Shown here: in pieces, positions 48,178 through 57,684 of the stretch
How the letters are laid out: each line of letters starts with the position of its first letter
Position numbering within the stretch: the stretch's first letter is position 1
NCBI GenBank assembly: GCA_036339955.1
Contig: JAYYZX010000019.1
Coordinates: 11,913-75,912, forward strand
DNA: 64,000 nt
Direction: 5' to 3'
DNA from: Bacteroidota bacterium
GTDB taxonomy: Bacteria; Bacteroidota; Bacteroidia; Flavobacteriales; BACL11
Notes under the pieces: model-generated
What the model was told of the DNA's origin: nothing
The model's database searches: none
What the model saw: the letters and a program-made list of their open reading frames with translations, nothing else
Program-made: the position numbers and the translations under genes

Positions 48178-49616
48178 TATTTAAATCGAGCAGTTACAAC
48201 AAAATTATGATTTGTTTCTACTATTGGGGAGACAGCTTCATTATACATTTCATATTCACTGCTATTCTTAGATAGAACGTATGCTCCATCTATAGAGAAA
48301 TTACCATTTGTTATACCAAGGCCATAGGTGAAGTTCTCTTTTGAGTAATTTTCATTCTTTGAAACATAAGGATTCCCAAATAATGCATACCCAGCTCTAA
48401 ATGAGATAAACTTTAATCTTATTTCTCCTCCAACTCGCAAATTTTGAGCACGTGTATATGTATCTTTTATATTCTGATTGATATTATTTTCTTGTTCCGG
48501 AAAATTTTTAAAATTAAATTTTGAGAATGAATAATCAATTAATTCGTAATCTATATTTATTAAAATTCTTTTTGTAATATTACCTCCTGCAGATATAATT
48601 GTTTTCCATGGACTTAACATTTGATATTCAAATACAGGAGTAGTATATGCTGAAGAGGTGATATTTGTCGTGATTTCTGTATTGAAAAGTCGACGCATAC
48701 TATATATACTTGGAGAATGGAGGGCTAGACCAAGTTTTACTCTTTTATTTAACCTCCCAATTATACCAAGCTTTAAGTTTAATCCATACCCATATATAGA
48801 TAATTCATCTTTATATGTAAATTCGTTGATAGATCCTAATGTATCTAATATTGTAGCTGTCATGGTTTCTGAAAATTCTTTTTCAACATGCGTATTAAAT
48901 CGATAATAATTGATATTTGGGATTCCTATTGTTGCTCCTATGTAAATTTTTTCTTTATATGATGTAGCTAATGAAAAGTTTAATTCTCCACGATAACCAC
49001 TAGATTCTACTTGTCTTATAGTTCTTTTATTAGTACTTGTTATAATATTTGGTGTATATGTTGTGTTACTCACTGGGTTGTCAATGAGGTAAGTCTCCCA
49101 TGCCAGGAGTTCGGCTATACCGAGCTCATCTACTGTAAGACCATTAGAATTTTTAATCAGATTATTTACTAATGAGGTTTTATTTTGATATCCATCTATA
49201 TATACAGAGCGGTTATAATTAGCAAATTGATTCCATCCAATTGCTAAATTGATTCGTTTCCATTTTTTATTGTTAGAAACTCCTGACCATACTAATCCAA
49301 AATTTGAAATTCCAACTCCCATTTTTTGATCTTCATTTTTATTATTAAAATAACTTGTTGCGGTATTATTATGAAATGAAGGACTAATAGATAATTCATT
49401 GAATTGATACATGCCAATACCTGCAGGATTATATTTTGCAGATGAAAAATCTGCTCCCAAAATACCAAATCCTCCTCCTACACCAACAGATCTAGCACTT
49501 CCAATAATATCTTCATTAGCATAATACAGAGCTCTTGTTTCCCAGTTATATGGAGCTACTTGAGCATGAGTTGTTGCATGTATAAGGAGGAAAATAATAA
49601 GTAATACCTTTTTCAT
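48174..49616 (-). CDS. Outer-membrane beta-barrel protein, FadL/OmpP1/TodX-like
   Basis: 480 aa. Signal peptide, then GSARSVGVGGGFGILGADFSSAKYNPAGIG, a FadL-type N-terminal hatch pattern. Alternating beta-strand sequence with the C-terminal ...VVTARFKY. Confidence 0.55.
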   Translation of the reverse strand: MKKVLLIIFLLIHATTHAQVAPYNWETRALYYANEDIIGSARSVGVGGGFGILGADFSSAKYNPAGIGMYQFNELSISPSFHNNTATSYFNNKNEDQKMGVGISNFGLVWSGVSNNKKWKRINLAIGWNQFANYNRSVYIDGYQNKTSLVNNLIKNSNGLTVDELGIAELLAWETYLIDNPVSNTTYTPNIITSTNKRTIRQVESSGYRGELNFSLATSYKEKIYIGATIGIPNINYYRFNTHVEKEFSETMTATILDTLGSINEFTYKDELSIYGYGLNLKLGIIGRLNKRVKLGLALHSPSIYSMRRLFNTEITTNITSSAYTTPVFEYQMLSPWKTIISAGGNITKRILINIDYELIDYSFSKFNFKNFPEQENNINQNIKDTYTRAQNLRVGGEIRLKFISFRAGYALFGNPYVSKNENYSKENFTYGLGITNGNFSIDGAYVLSKNSSEYEMYNEAVSPIVETNHNFVVTARFKY

Positions 49617-49617
49617 G

Positions 49618-50463
49618 TTATTTTCTAGGTTTTCTGTTGTTCTTTTTTAAATTCTGTTTTTTTGTAGAACTTGAATTTCTTTGTTGATTATAATTATTTT
49701 TTGTTGACCTGGATTTTGAATATTTTGTAGAATTTTTAGTGTTATATGAACGAGAATTATTAGGATCTTTTTGCGGGCTGTTCTTTATATTGGTTTTTAT
49801 ATTCTCTCTACTATATGTTCGTTTAGTACTTTTATTTTTTGATTCTATTAAATTCTTATATTTTTTCTTGAGTGTTGTATTTACATAACTACGCTTTCCA
49901 GTATTACGGTAGTTGGATGATAAAGAGCCAACAAAACCATGATATATATTGTTATTTGTACTACCATAATTATGATTATGATGATTATAATAATAAGAGT
50001 AATAGGGATTTGCATAATATATCGAATTATGGTAAGGGTAGTAAATCCCTGACCAATAGTGATAAGGCCATTCCCAATTATAACTCAAATATATGCTGTT
50101 CCCCCAATACCAAGGGTCATATGTATACCAATAATAATCTGTAAAAAAACCGCCATAATAGTCAGTATAATAGATTGAAGGATTATAAAATCTCTTTATT
50201 CGAGCAGCATAACTAAAATCATGATACCTATTATAGTCATCCATAGTATGATTATAGTTTTGAATAGTATTTTCTGTAGAGTCTATTATATCAGTATTTT
50301 GTTTCTGATTGTATGATGAGATTTCTTCGTATGAAACAAACTCATCAGCTTGTAAATAATTAGGGTCATTATAGCGTGTATGATAAGTTGTCTCACATGA
50401 TGAAAATATTAATATTACAATTAATAATTTTGAGTAAACTCTTTTTATTTTTTTGAGATCCAT
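49618..50463 (-). CDS. Lipoprotein with extreme Tyr/Trp/Asn-rich core and polybasic Ser/Asn/Lys tail (no family recognised)
   Basis: 281 aa. Lipobox LIFSSC. Residues about 98-167 contain 24 Tyr, 6 Trp and 2 Phe by my count. The last roughly 95 residues are K/R/S/N/T-rich. The stop is 1 nt before the barrel gene start. Confidence 0.6.
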   Translation of the reverse strand: MDLKKIKRVYSKLLIVILIFSSCETTYHTRYNDPNYLQADEFVSYEEISSYNQKQNTDIIDSTENTIQNYNHTMDDYNRYHDFSYAARIKRFYNPSIYYTDYYGGFFTDYYWYTYDPWYWGNSIYLSYNWEWPYHYWSGIYYPYHNSIYYANPYYSYYYNHHNHNYGSTNNNIYHGFVGSLSSNYRNTGKRSYVNTTLKKKYKNLIESKNKSTKRTYSRENIKTNIKNSPQKDPNNSRSYNTKNSTKYSKSRSTKNNYNQQRNSSSTKKQNLKKNNRKPRK

Positions 50464-50549
50464 ATTATTAATTTGTTAACTTTGTTTCTCTTACTTCTTA
50501 GAATTAGAAACGTAAATTATACAACAAAATTACAATATTTATCTAAAAA

Positions 50550-52022
50550 ATGGGAAAAACTTTAACATCTAGAGAAGAAGATTACTCAAAGTGGTATAAC
50601 GATATTGTCCAGAAAGCTGACTTAGCAGAAAATTCTGGTGTTCGTGGCTGTATGGTAATTAAACCTTATGGATTTGCTATATGGGAAAAAATGCAAAATG
50701 AATTAGATAAAATGTTTAAAGCTACTGGCCATGTTAATGCCTACTTTCCATTATTTATTCCAAAATCTTTTTTTAGTAAAGAAGCTGATCATGTTAAGGG
50801 TTTTGCAAAAGAATGTGCTGTTGTAACACATTATAGATTGAAAGATTCTCCTGATGGGGATGGTATTATTGTAGATGAGGATTCTAAGTTAGAAGAAGAG
50901 CTTATTATTCGGCCAACTTCAGAAACAATTATTTGGGACACCTATCGTAAATGGATACAATCGTATAGAGATCTACCATTATTAATTAATCAATGGGCAA
51001 ATGTTGTTAGATGGGAGATGCGCACCCGTCTTTTTCTAAGAACAGCAGAGTTCTTATGGCAGGAAGGGCATACTGCTCATGCTACTCGTGATGAAGCAAT
51101 TGAAGAAACAGAAAAGATGATAAATATTTATGCGGACTTTGCAGAGAGATTCATGGCAATGCCAGTAATAAAAGGATTAAAATCAGAGGCTGAGCGTTTC
51201 TCTGGAGCTTTAGAAACGTATTCTATTGAAGCTCTTATGCAAGATGGGAAAGCATTACAAGCAGGAACTTCTCATTTTTTAGGACAGAACTTTGCTAAAG
51301 CATTTGATGTGAAATTTACCAATAAAGAAGGGAAACAGGATTTTGTATGGGCAACATCTTGGGGCGTTTCGACGCGTTTAATGGGAGCTCTTATTATGAC
51401 ACATTCTGATGATAATGGATTAGTTTTACCACCTAAATTAGCTCCTTTTCAGGTGGTGATTGTTCCTGTATATAAAAATAAGGAAGAGTTTAAAAGCATT
51501 TCAGAACAAGTAAGCTTAATACAAACTAAGTTAGAAGAAAAAGGTATTTCGGTTAAGTATGACAATAGAGATACACATAAACCTGGATGGAAATTCGCAG
51601 AGTATGAATTAAAAGGAGTCCCTATACGTTTAACTTTAGGCCCAAAAGATTTAGCAAATAGTACTGTAGAGGTTGCTCGTAGAGATACATTAGAAAAAGA
51701 AATATTGAAAATTTCTGACATTGAGATTAAACTAGAGAACTTACTTAATAAAATTCAAGATAATTTATACAAGAAGGCAGCTACATTTCGAGAAGAAAAA
51801 ACATATGTTGCCAATAATTTAGATGAGTTCAAAAAATATATTAAAGAAGGTGGTTTTGTATACGCTCATTGGGATGGCACTTCTGATACTGAAGAAAACA
51901 TCAAAAAAGAAACAAAAGCTACCATACGATGCATTCCGTTAAGCAATAAACAAGAAGAAGGAGAATGTGTATTTTCAGGAAACCCTTCTGAAAGACGTGT
52001 TTTATTTGCAAAATCATATTAG
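50550..52022 (+). CDS. proS: Proline--tRNA ligase (archaeal/eukaryote-like type)
   Basis: 490 aa. Class II motifs ([30 protein letters not shown]) and a C-terminal Zn-binding-like domain ending in ...AKSY. Confidence 0.9.
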   Translation: MGKTLTSREEDYSKWYNDIVQKADLAENSGVRGCMVIKPYGFAIWEKMQNELDKMFKATGHVNAYFPLFIPKSFFSKEADHVKGFAKECAVVTHYRLKDSPDGDGIIVDEDSKLEEELIIRPTSETIIWDTYRKWIQSYRDLPLLINQWANVVRWEMRTRLFLRTAEFLWQEGHTAHATRDEAIEETEKMINIYADFAERFMAMPVIKGLKSEAERFSGALETYSIEALMQDGKALQAGTSHFLGQNFAKAFDVKFTNKEGKQDFVWATSWGVSTRLMGALIMTHSDDNGLVLPPKLAPFQVVIVPVYKNKEEFKSISEQVSLIQTKLEEKGISVKYDNRDTHKPGWKFAEYELKGVPIRLTLGPKDLANSTVEVARRDTLEKEILKISDIEIKLENLLNKIQDNLYKKAATFREEKTYVANNLDEFKKYIKEGGFVYAHWDGTSDTEENIKKETKATIRCIPLSNKQEEGECVFSGNPSERRVLFAKSY

Positions 52023-52077
52023 AAATACGGGTTTAACAATATCATGCTTAGATTTTTGTCAATTTTTGAAAAAATCA

Positions 52078-52085
52078 TAGATTTG
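52078..52085 (+). promoter_or_regulatory. -7 promoter box TAnnTTTG upstream of tRNA-Glu and rpsT
   Basis: tagatttg, 27 nt upstream of the tRNA 5' end. TTG-containing sequence lies about 20 nt further upstream. Confidence 0.45.
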
Positions 52086-52112
52086 CAATCTCGTTCTGAC
52101 GAGAGGCAATCT

Positions 52113-52184
52113 GGCCCGGTCGTCTAGTGGTTAGGACGCCAGGTTTTCATCCTGGTAACCGGGGTTCGATTCCCCGTCGGGCTA
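52113..52184 (+). tRNA. tRNA-Glu (anticodon UUC)
   Basis: GGCCCGGTCGTCTAGTGGTTAGGACGCCAGGTTTTCATCCTGGTAACCGGGGTTCGATTCCCCGTCGGGCTA folds by hand into a cloverleaf. Anticodon stem CCAGG/CCTGG, loop TTTTCAT, T-loop TTCGATT. CCA is not encoded. Confidence 0.9.
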
Positions 52185-52198
52185 CAAAAAATAAAATT

Positions 52199-52453
52199 AT
52201 GGCAAATCATAAATCGGCAATAAAGAGAATTAGACAAACTGCAACAAAAAATGCTTCTAATAAATATCAGCATAAAACAGCACGAAATTCTGTTCGTAAA
52301 TTAAAAGCAACAACTAAAAAGAAAGAAGCTAAAGTGTTGTTCCCAAAAGTTGTAGGAATCTTAGATAAGCTTGCAAAGAATAATATTATACATAAAAATA
52401 AGGCGGCAAATATCAAATCTCAGTTAGCTAAACACGTTAATACTCTAAAATAG
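52199..52453 (+). CDS. rpsT: 30S ribosomal protein S20
   Basis: ORF 52127-52453 trimmed to MANHKSAIKRIRQ, the canonical S20 N-terminus. The upstream part of the ORF is the tRNA-Glu gene read as protein. Confidence 0.9.
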   Translation: MANHKSAIKRIRQTATKNASNKYQHKTARNSVRKLKATTKKKEAKVLFPKVVGILDKLAKNNIIHKNKAANIKSQLAKHVNTLK

Positions 52454-52487
52454 TATTATAACATTAATATTTCATTATTTTTATAAA

Positions 52488-53141
52488 ATGGAAGTTTATA
52501 ACATAGGAGAACAAAATACTCTCTTAAGTAATTTTATTTCAGAAATTCGTGAGATTAATATTCAACAAGATTCTTTACGATTTAGAAGAAACTTGGAGCG
52601 TGTAGGAGAAATTCTTGCATATGAAATTAGTAAAACATTACAATATACTTCTAAAAACATTAAAACGCCACTTGGAATATCTAAAGAAAATGTAATATTT
52701 AATACGCCAGTTTTAGCTACTATATTAAGAGCAGGATTACCTTTACATCAAGGATTTCTTAATTATTTTGACAAAGGAGAGAATACTTTTATTTCTGCGT
52801 ATAGAGATGAAAAAGAGAATGGCACTTTTGATGTTAAAGTGGAGTATATGTCTTCTCCATCTTTAGAATCTAAAACAATTATTTTATGTGATCCAATGCT
52901 TGCTAGTGGTTCATCGATGGTTTTAGCACTTGAAGCATTACTTACTAAAGGAACTCCAGCTCATATTCATATTGCTGTAGTTATTGCCAGTAATCAGGGA
53001 ATAGAATATTTATCTAAAAACTTACCATTTAAAAATTGCACATTTTGGGTTGCTGCTATTGATAATGAGATGACGCCTAATTCATATATAGTACCAGGAC
53101 TAGGTGATGCTGGAGATTTAGCATTCGGAAAAAAAATATAG
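52488..53141 (+). CDS. upp: Uracil phosphoribosyltransferase
   Basis: 217 aa. PRPP-binding loop ILCDPMLASGSS and the C-terminal YIVPGLGDAGD. Confidence 0.85.
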   Translation: MEVYNIGEQNTLLSNFISEIREINIQQDSLRFRRNLERVGEILAYEISKTLQYTSKNIKTPLGISKENVIFNTPVLATILRAGLPLHQGFLNYFDKGENTFISAYRDEKENGTFDVKVEYMSSPSLESKTIILCDPMLASGSSMVLALEALLTKGTPAHIHIAVVIASNQGIEYLSKNLPFKNCTFWVAAIDNEMTPNSYIVPGLGDAGDLAFGKKI

Positions 53142-53837
53142 ATGAGATTTCAGCATATTTTTTTTGATTTAGATCGGACATTGTGGGATTTCGAATCAAA
53201 TTCTTTTGACACATTAGTTGAGTTATTTCAAAAATTTGATTTAGAGAAAAGAGGTATCATTTCTGCAAAATGGTTTATTGAGAAATATAGGCTAAATAAT
53301 GAGAACCTATGGAATAAGTATAGAAAAGGAAAAATAACAAAAGATTATTTAAGAGATGTAAGGTTTTCTATGACTTTAGAGGAGTTTGGAATTTTTGATC
53401 AAGATCTATCTTCAAAATTAGGGAATGCTTATGTAGTGAATTCTCCAAAAAAAACTAAGTTATTCCCACATACACTTTCTATTCTGAAATATCTCACTAA
53501 GAAAGGCTATCATTTGCATATTATTACAAATGGATTTCAAGAAGTACAGATAATCAAATTAGAACATTCGTCATTAATATCATTTTTTAAACAGATCATT
53601 ACTTCAGAAGAAGCTGGCGTCAAGAAGCCTAATCCAATTATTTTTAAATATGCTTTAGAACATGCTAATTCTATATTAGAGAATAGTATCATGATAGGAG
53701 ATGATTTAGAAGTTGATATTATTGGAGCCAAGAATTTTGGAATATCACAAATTTATTTTAATCGAAATCAATTGACACATAATGAAGAAATTGATTATGA
53801 GATTAGATGTTTAAGTCAGTTACGGGAGATATTTTAA
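53142..53837 (+). CDS. HAD-superfamily hydrolase, YjjG-like nucleotidase
   Basis: 231 aa. Motif I FFDLDRTLWDF, motif II ITNG, and KKPNP...IGDD. Confidence 0.75.
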   Translation: MRFQHIFFDLDRTLWDFESNSFDTLVELFQKFDLEKRGIISAKWFIEKYRLNNENLWNKYRKGKITKDYLRDVRFSMTLEEFGIFDQDLSSKLGNAYVVNSPKKTKLFPHTLSILKYLTKKGYHLHIITNGFQEVQIIKLEHSSLISFFKQIITSEEAGVKKPNPIIFKYALEHANSILENSIMIGDDLEVDIIGAKNFGISQIYFNRNQLTHNEEIDYEIRCLSQLREIF

Positions 53838-55032
53838 ATCCTACTTTCTTTAAATCACTCCAGAAATTAGGATATGATTTTTTTACTACATCTATATTAT
53901 TTATTATAACGACAGGAAATACTAGTGCCAACGGGGCAATGCTCATAGCTATTCTATGATCGTTATAAGTATTAAAAATTTGTTTTGGAACTCTTACATC
54001 TGAAGATTGAATTGAAATTTCACCTTGCTTCTCGTCAAGGAATGTTCCATATTTCAACATTTCTATTTTTAATGCTTTAATTCTATTAGATTCTTTAATA
54101 GCTAATGTTTCTAATCCATTAAACCTAGATTTGTTTTGTGTTATGGATAGAGTTATAATTAATGGTATAGCAAGGTCTGGAACTTCAACACAATTTATTA
54201 TTTTTTTAAATTCTATATGCTTATTTTTTTTTATTTGCATGCCAGAATGATATTTTTTAAAATTGATATCTCTAAATAAGTTTACACCTTTTCTATCTCC
54301 TTGAATAGATTCAAAATTTAGATTTCTTAGTTTTAAATTTGTTTCTTTTGATAGTGTTGCAATTTCACACCAAAAAGAAACTGCACTCCAATCTTGTTCA
54401 ATCGTAATATCTTTTGCAATATATTTTTGTGGCGGTATTGTGATTGTATTATCAGACCATGAATATAAAATTCCAAAATAACTCATTAGTTTAAGAGTCA
54501 TATTAATATATGGTTTAGAGACAATACGATTTTTTAGATTTAGAACTAACCCTTTTCTCAATGTTGGAGCAATTAATAATAACGAAGAAATAAATTGACT
54601 ACTAATTTTAGCATCTATATCAATTTCACCACCCATTAAACTTTTTCCATGTATTTCTAATGGCGGGAATCCAGTTTTCTTTAAATATTGTATCTCTGCC
54701 CCTAATTTTCTCAAACTATCTACAAGTATTCCTATAGGCCTTTTTTGCATATACTCACTACCAGTAATATTATATTGAGTTTCTTTGATTGAAAGTAATG
54801 CTGTTAAGAAACGCATTGAGGTGCCAGAATCGTTTATATTGATTTTTTCTGGGTAATTTGACAAGGCATAATTCAGTACTTTTGTATCATTAGATTCAGA
54901 AAGATTTTTAATTCTAAATTCCTGTTTACATAACGCTCTAATAATAAGAACGCGATTACTTATACTTTTTGATGCTGGAATAGTAATTGTCCCATCAATT
55001 ATTCCATCAAGGTGACTGATCCTATAATTCAT
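53803..55032 (-). CDS. aroA: 3-phosphoshikimate 1-carboxyvinyltransferase
   Basis: 409 aa. PASKSISNRVLI, DSGTSMRFL and NDHRIAMS motifs. Confidence 0.9.
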   Translation of the reverse strand: MNYRISHLDGIIDGTITIPASKSISNRVLIIRALCKQEFRIKNLSESNDTKVLNYALSNYPEKININDSGTSMRFLTALLSIKETQYNITGSEYMQKRPIGILVDSLRKLGAEIQYLKKTGFPPLEIHGKSLMGGEIDIDAKISSQFISSLLLIAPTLRKGLVLNLKNRIVSKPYINMTLKLMSYFGILYSWSDNTITIPPQKYIAKDITIEQDWSAVSFWCEIATLSKETNLKLRNLNFESIQGDRKGVNLFRDINFKKYHSGMQIKKNKHIEFKKIINCVEVPDLAIPLIITLSITQNKSRFNGLETLAIKESNRIKALKIEMLKYGTFLDEKQGEISIQSSDVRVPKQIFNTYNDHRIAMSIAPLALVFPVVIINNIDVVKKSYPNFWSDLKKVGFKISPVTDLNI

Positions 55033-56017
55033 TCCAACTTTTATAGTTATTTATACGGCATTCTCCAATTTTCTTTAATAATGTAAAATTGATTTTATTA
55101 TCTATATTTTTTTTATCATGTATTAGCCATTTTTTTAGTTCTGAAATATCCGGAGTTTTTGGGATGTTAAATGTTTTTATAATGAAACTTTTGATGATTT
55201 CGTATTCAGATATTTTAGAAAGTTTTGTCTCTAAAATTATTCCTAGAGCTAAAGCTTCTCCATGAAGCACAGTTTCCGATCTTTCTAAATAATAACTTTC
55301 TATTGCATGTCCAAGAGTATGCCCAAAGTTCAGTTTTTTTCTCTCATTATTTTCCAAAGGATCATTCATCACTATTTTGTTTTTTATTTCAATAGATCGA
55401 ATAATTATATCCTCCCAATCAAGATTTTTAAATGGAGTTTTAGTAAGCAAGTTCCAATATTTTTCATCAGCAATCAACGCATGTTTTATGACCTCTGCAA
55501 ATCCTGACATCAATTCATTTGTCGGTAATGTTTTTAAAAATTCAACATTAATTAGTACTTTTTGTGGATTATTAAATAGCCCAATTTGATTCTTATTATT
55601 TAAAAAGTTTATACCTAATTTAGAACCTATTGATGCATCTGACATTGCTAGTAAGGTGGTAGGGATTTGGATAAATTGTATACCTCTTTTGAATGTTGAA
55701 GCCGCAAATCCTCCAATATCTCCAATGACACCGCCCCCTAGGTTTATAAGTAGAGAATCTCTATTAAAGTTGTATTTTAAAAGAAAATTCCAGATAACCT
55801 TGCATGTATTTATATTTTTATTTTCTTCTCCAGATTTAATTTCAATAATAGGAACTCCTTTTAAGAAAAAACATTTCTCTAATAAAATAGGGAGACAAAG
55901 TCGCTTTACATTCTCATCAACTAATATTGCAACTTTTTCAAATTTTTTACAATTAAGATTTGAGAAATCTCCTATTTCAAGAAAAATTGAATATCCTTTA
56001 GAATCTATTCTTTTCAT
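55022..56017 (-). CDS. aroB: 3-dehydroquinate synthase
   Basis: 331 aa. GGGVIGDIGGFAAS, FGHTLGHAIE and the metal-ligand His pattern. Confidence 0.85.
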   Translation of the reverse strand: MKRIDSKGYSIFLEIGDFSNLNCKKFEKVAILVDENVKRLCLPILLEKCFFLKGVPIIEIKSGEENKNINTCKVIWNFLLKYNFNRDSLLINLGGGVIGDIGGFAASTFKRGIQFIQIPTTLLAMSDASIGSKLGINFLNNKNQIGLFNNPQKVLINVEFLKTLPTNELMSGFAEVIKHALIADEKYWNLLTKTPFKNLDWEDIIIRSIEIKNKIVMNDPLENNERKKLNFGHTLGHAIESYYLERSETVLHGEALALGIILETKLSKISEYEIIKSFIIKTFNIPKTPDISELKKWLIHDKKNIDNKINFTLLKKIGECRINNYKSWNEL

Positions 56018-57684
56018 TCAGTAATCTCAATAATTGGACTCCCAGTACATCCATTAGGAAATGAGATACCAAGTATTGTACTAATTGTAGGAGCTATATC
56101 CTGTATATGTGTTAATTTATTGCTTTTTCCATGTTTAATATTCCTTCCCCAAAATATTAAAGGTACATGTGTGTCATAGCTATAAGCAGTGCCATGTGTT
56201 GTTCCTCCTTTCTCCCAGCCTTTTGAAATCCATCCTGTTTCAAGAGCGATTAATACATCGCCAGATCTCTTTTGACTATATCCCTTTTGAATAAGAGATC
56301 TAAATCCGTATCTATATTCATGTTCATGCATTTGTGTAGCTGTATAAGTATTTTTAATACCCTCAATATTTATTAAGAACCTAGCACATGATTCTTGAAT
56401 GGATCTAATATTCATATTTTTTGATATTATTAAATCATGATTCAAAAAGATTTGATTGTTTGAAAATGATTTTACCCATTCTCCATCACCATATTTTTTA
56501 TTTAAGTGATTTTTTAATTGTGTATTACAATTATCTTTATCCCAGTATCCAGCAGGTATTTTTCTTTCAATCAGTTTTTTTGGTTCAGAGACAACTCCAT
56601 GATCTGCAGTAAGAAAAACAATAACATTCTTTGAGCCTACATTTTCAGAGATTGTTTTAAGAAGTTTAGCAATATCCTTATCCAAGGAAATATATGTGTC
56701 TTTTATTTCTTTTGCATGTGGACCATATTGATGCCCAATATAATCAGTAGAAGAAAAGCTTATAGATAGGAAATCTGTTGAATTAGATTGCCCTAATGCT
56801 TCTTGTTTTATTATTTCAATTCCTAATTCATTTAAGATTGTATTACCATATGGGGTATTTTTAATAGCAGAAGGTCCTTTTGATTTTAACATATTATCTA
56901 GATTGTGACTATTTCCGCCTTCAATTTCCCACTCGCCAGTTAAATAATTTTCTGCTGGATTCTTTTCCTGGAACTGAATTAACCATTCGGGAAGCACATC
57001 CATATAATAACTACTAGATATCCATCTTCCATCTTGATCCATCCAGTATGCAGCTGTTGCTGAATGTCCAGCTGGCAATATAGCACCCCTATCTTTTAAA
57101 GAAATTGCAATTGTTTTCGCATCTTCATTAAATAGTTTCATTTCATCACTTATTGTAGTGGTTAACATATGGCGTGGAGACATTTTACCATCTTCAGCTA
57201 TCACATCAGTTGAAAGATTCTCACAATTACATATAGTTTCAACAGTTGCATCACCAGTACAGTATATATATTTTTTGTTATACTTATCGTACCAATTATT
57301 TGCTATAATTCCATGTACTGAAGGAGTTGTCCCTGTATATATGCTTGCATGTCCAGGTCCTGTAAAGGTAGGAGTATAACTAAAATTAGCATTACCAAAT
57401 GAGAACCCCTCTTTGATTAAACGTTTTAACCCATCTTTCCCAAAATCATCCCAAAATCTATCTATATAATCATATCTCATCTGATCTACTACTATTCCAA
57501 CAATTAGTTTTGGCTCGTTTTTTTTCGTTAAAGTATTAGTTGATTTCCCCCCAAAAGTATTGGTTGATTTCGCTTGTTTTTTTAGCCAACTTACTGCATC
57601 CTTTATTTCTTTTGGCATTTCTTGAGTATATACTGTAGAAATACTGAAGGTCAAACATAATATGATTATTGTGATTTTTTTCAT
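56014..57684 (-). CDS. pafA: PafA-type alkaline phosphatase (nucleotide pyrophosphatase/phosphodiesterase superfamily)
   Basis: 556 aa. Signal peptide, VVDQMRYDY, the nucleophile region PTFTGPGHAS, plus DYIGHQYGP and TADHG metal-site motifs. Confidence 0.75.
   Translation of the reverse strand: MKKITIIILCLTFSISTVYTQEMPKEIKDAVSWLKKQAKSTNTFGGKSTNTLTKKNEPKLIVGIVVDQMRYDYIDRFWDDFGKDGLKRLIKEGFSFGNANFSYTPTFTGPGHASIYTGTTPSVHGIIANNWYDKYNKKYIYCTGDATVETICNCENLSTDVIAEDGKMSPRHMLTTTISDEMKLFNEDAKTIAISLKDRGAILPAGHSATAAYWMDQDGRWISSSYYMDVLPEWLIQFQEKNPAENYLTGEWEIEGGNSHNLDNMLKSKGPSAIKNTPYGNTILNELGIEIIKQEALGQSNSTDFLSISFSSTDYIGHQYGPHAKEIKDTYISLDKDIAKLLKTISENVGSKNVIVFLTADHGVVSEPKKLIERKIPAGYWDKDNCNTQLKNHLNKKYGDGEWVKSFSNNQIFLNHDLIISKNMNIRSIQESCARFLINIEGIKNTYTATQMHEHEYRYGFRSLIQKGYSQKRSGDVLIALETGWISKGWEKGGTTHGTAYSYDTHVPLIFWGRNIKHGKSNKLTHIQDIAPTISTILGISFPNGCTGSPIIEITE

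Noticed and set aside
52127-52198. 5' extension of the rpsT ORF (MVRTPGFHPGNRGSIPRRATKNKI...)
   Set aside because: This stretch is the tRNA-Glu gene translated as protein. The canonical S20 N-terminus MANHKSAIKRIRQ begins at 52199.
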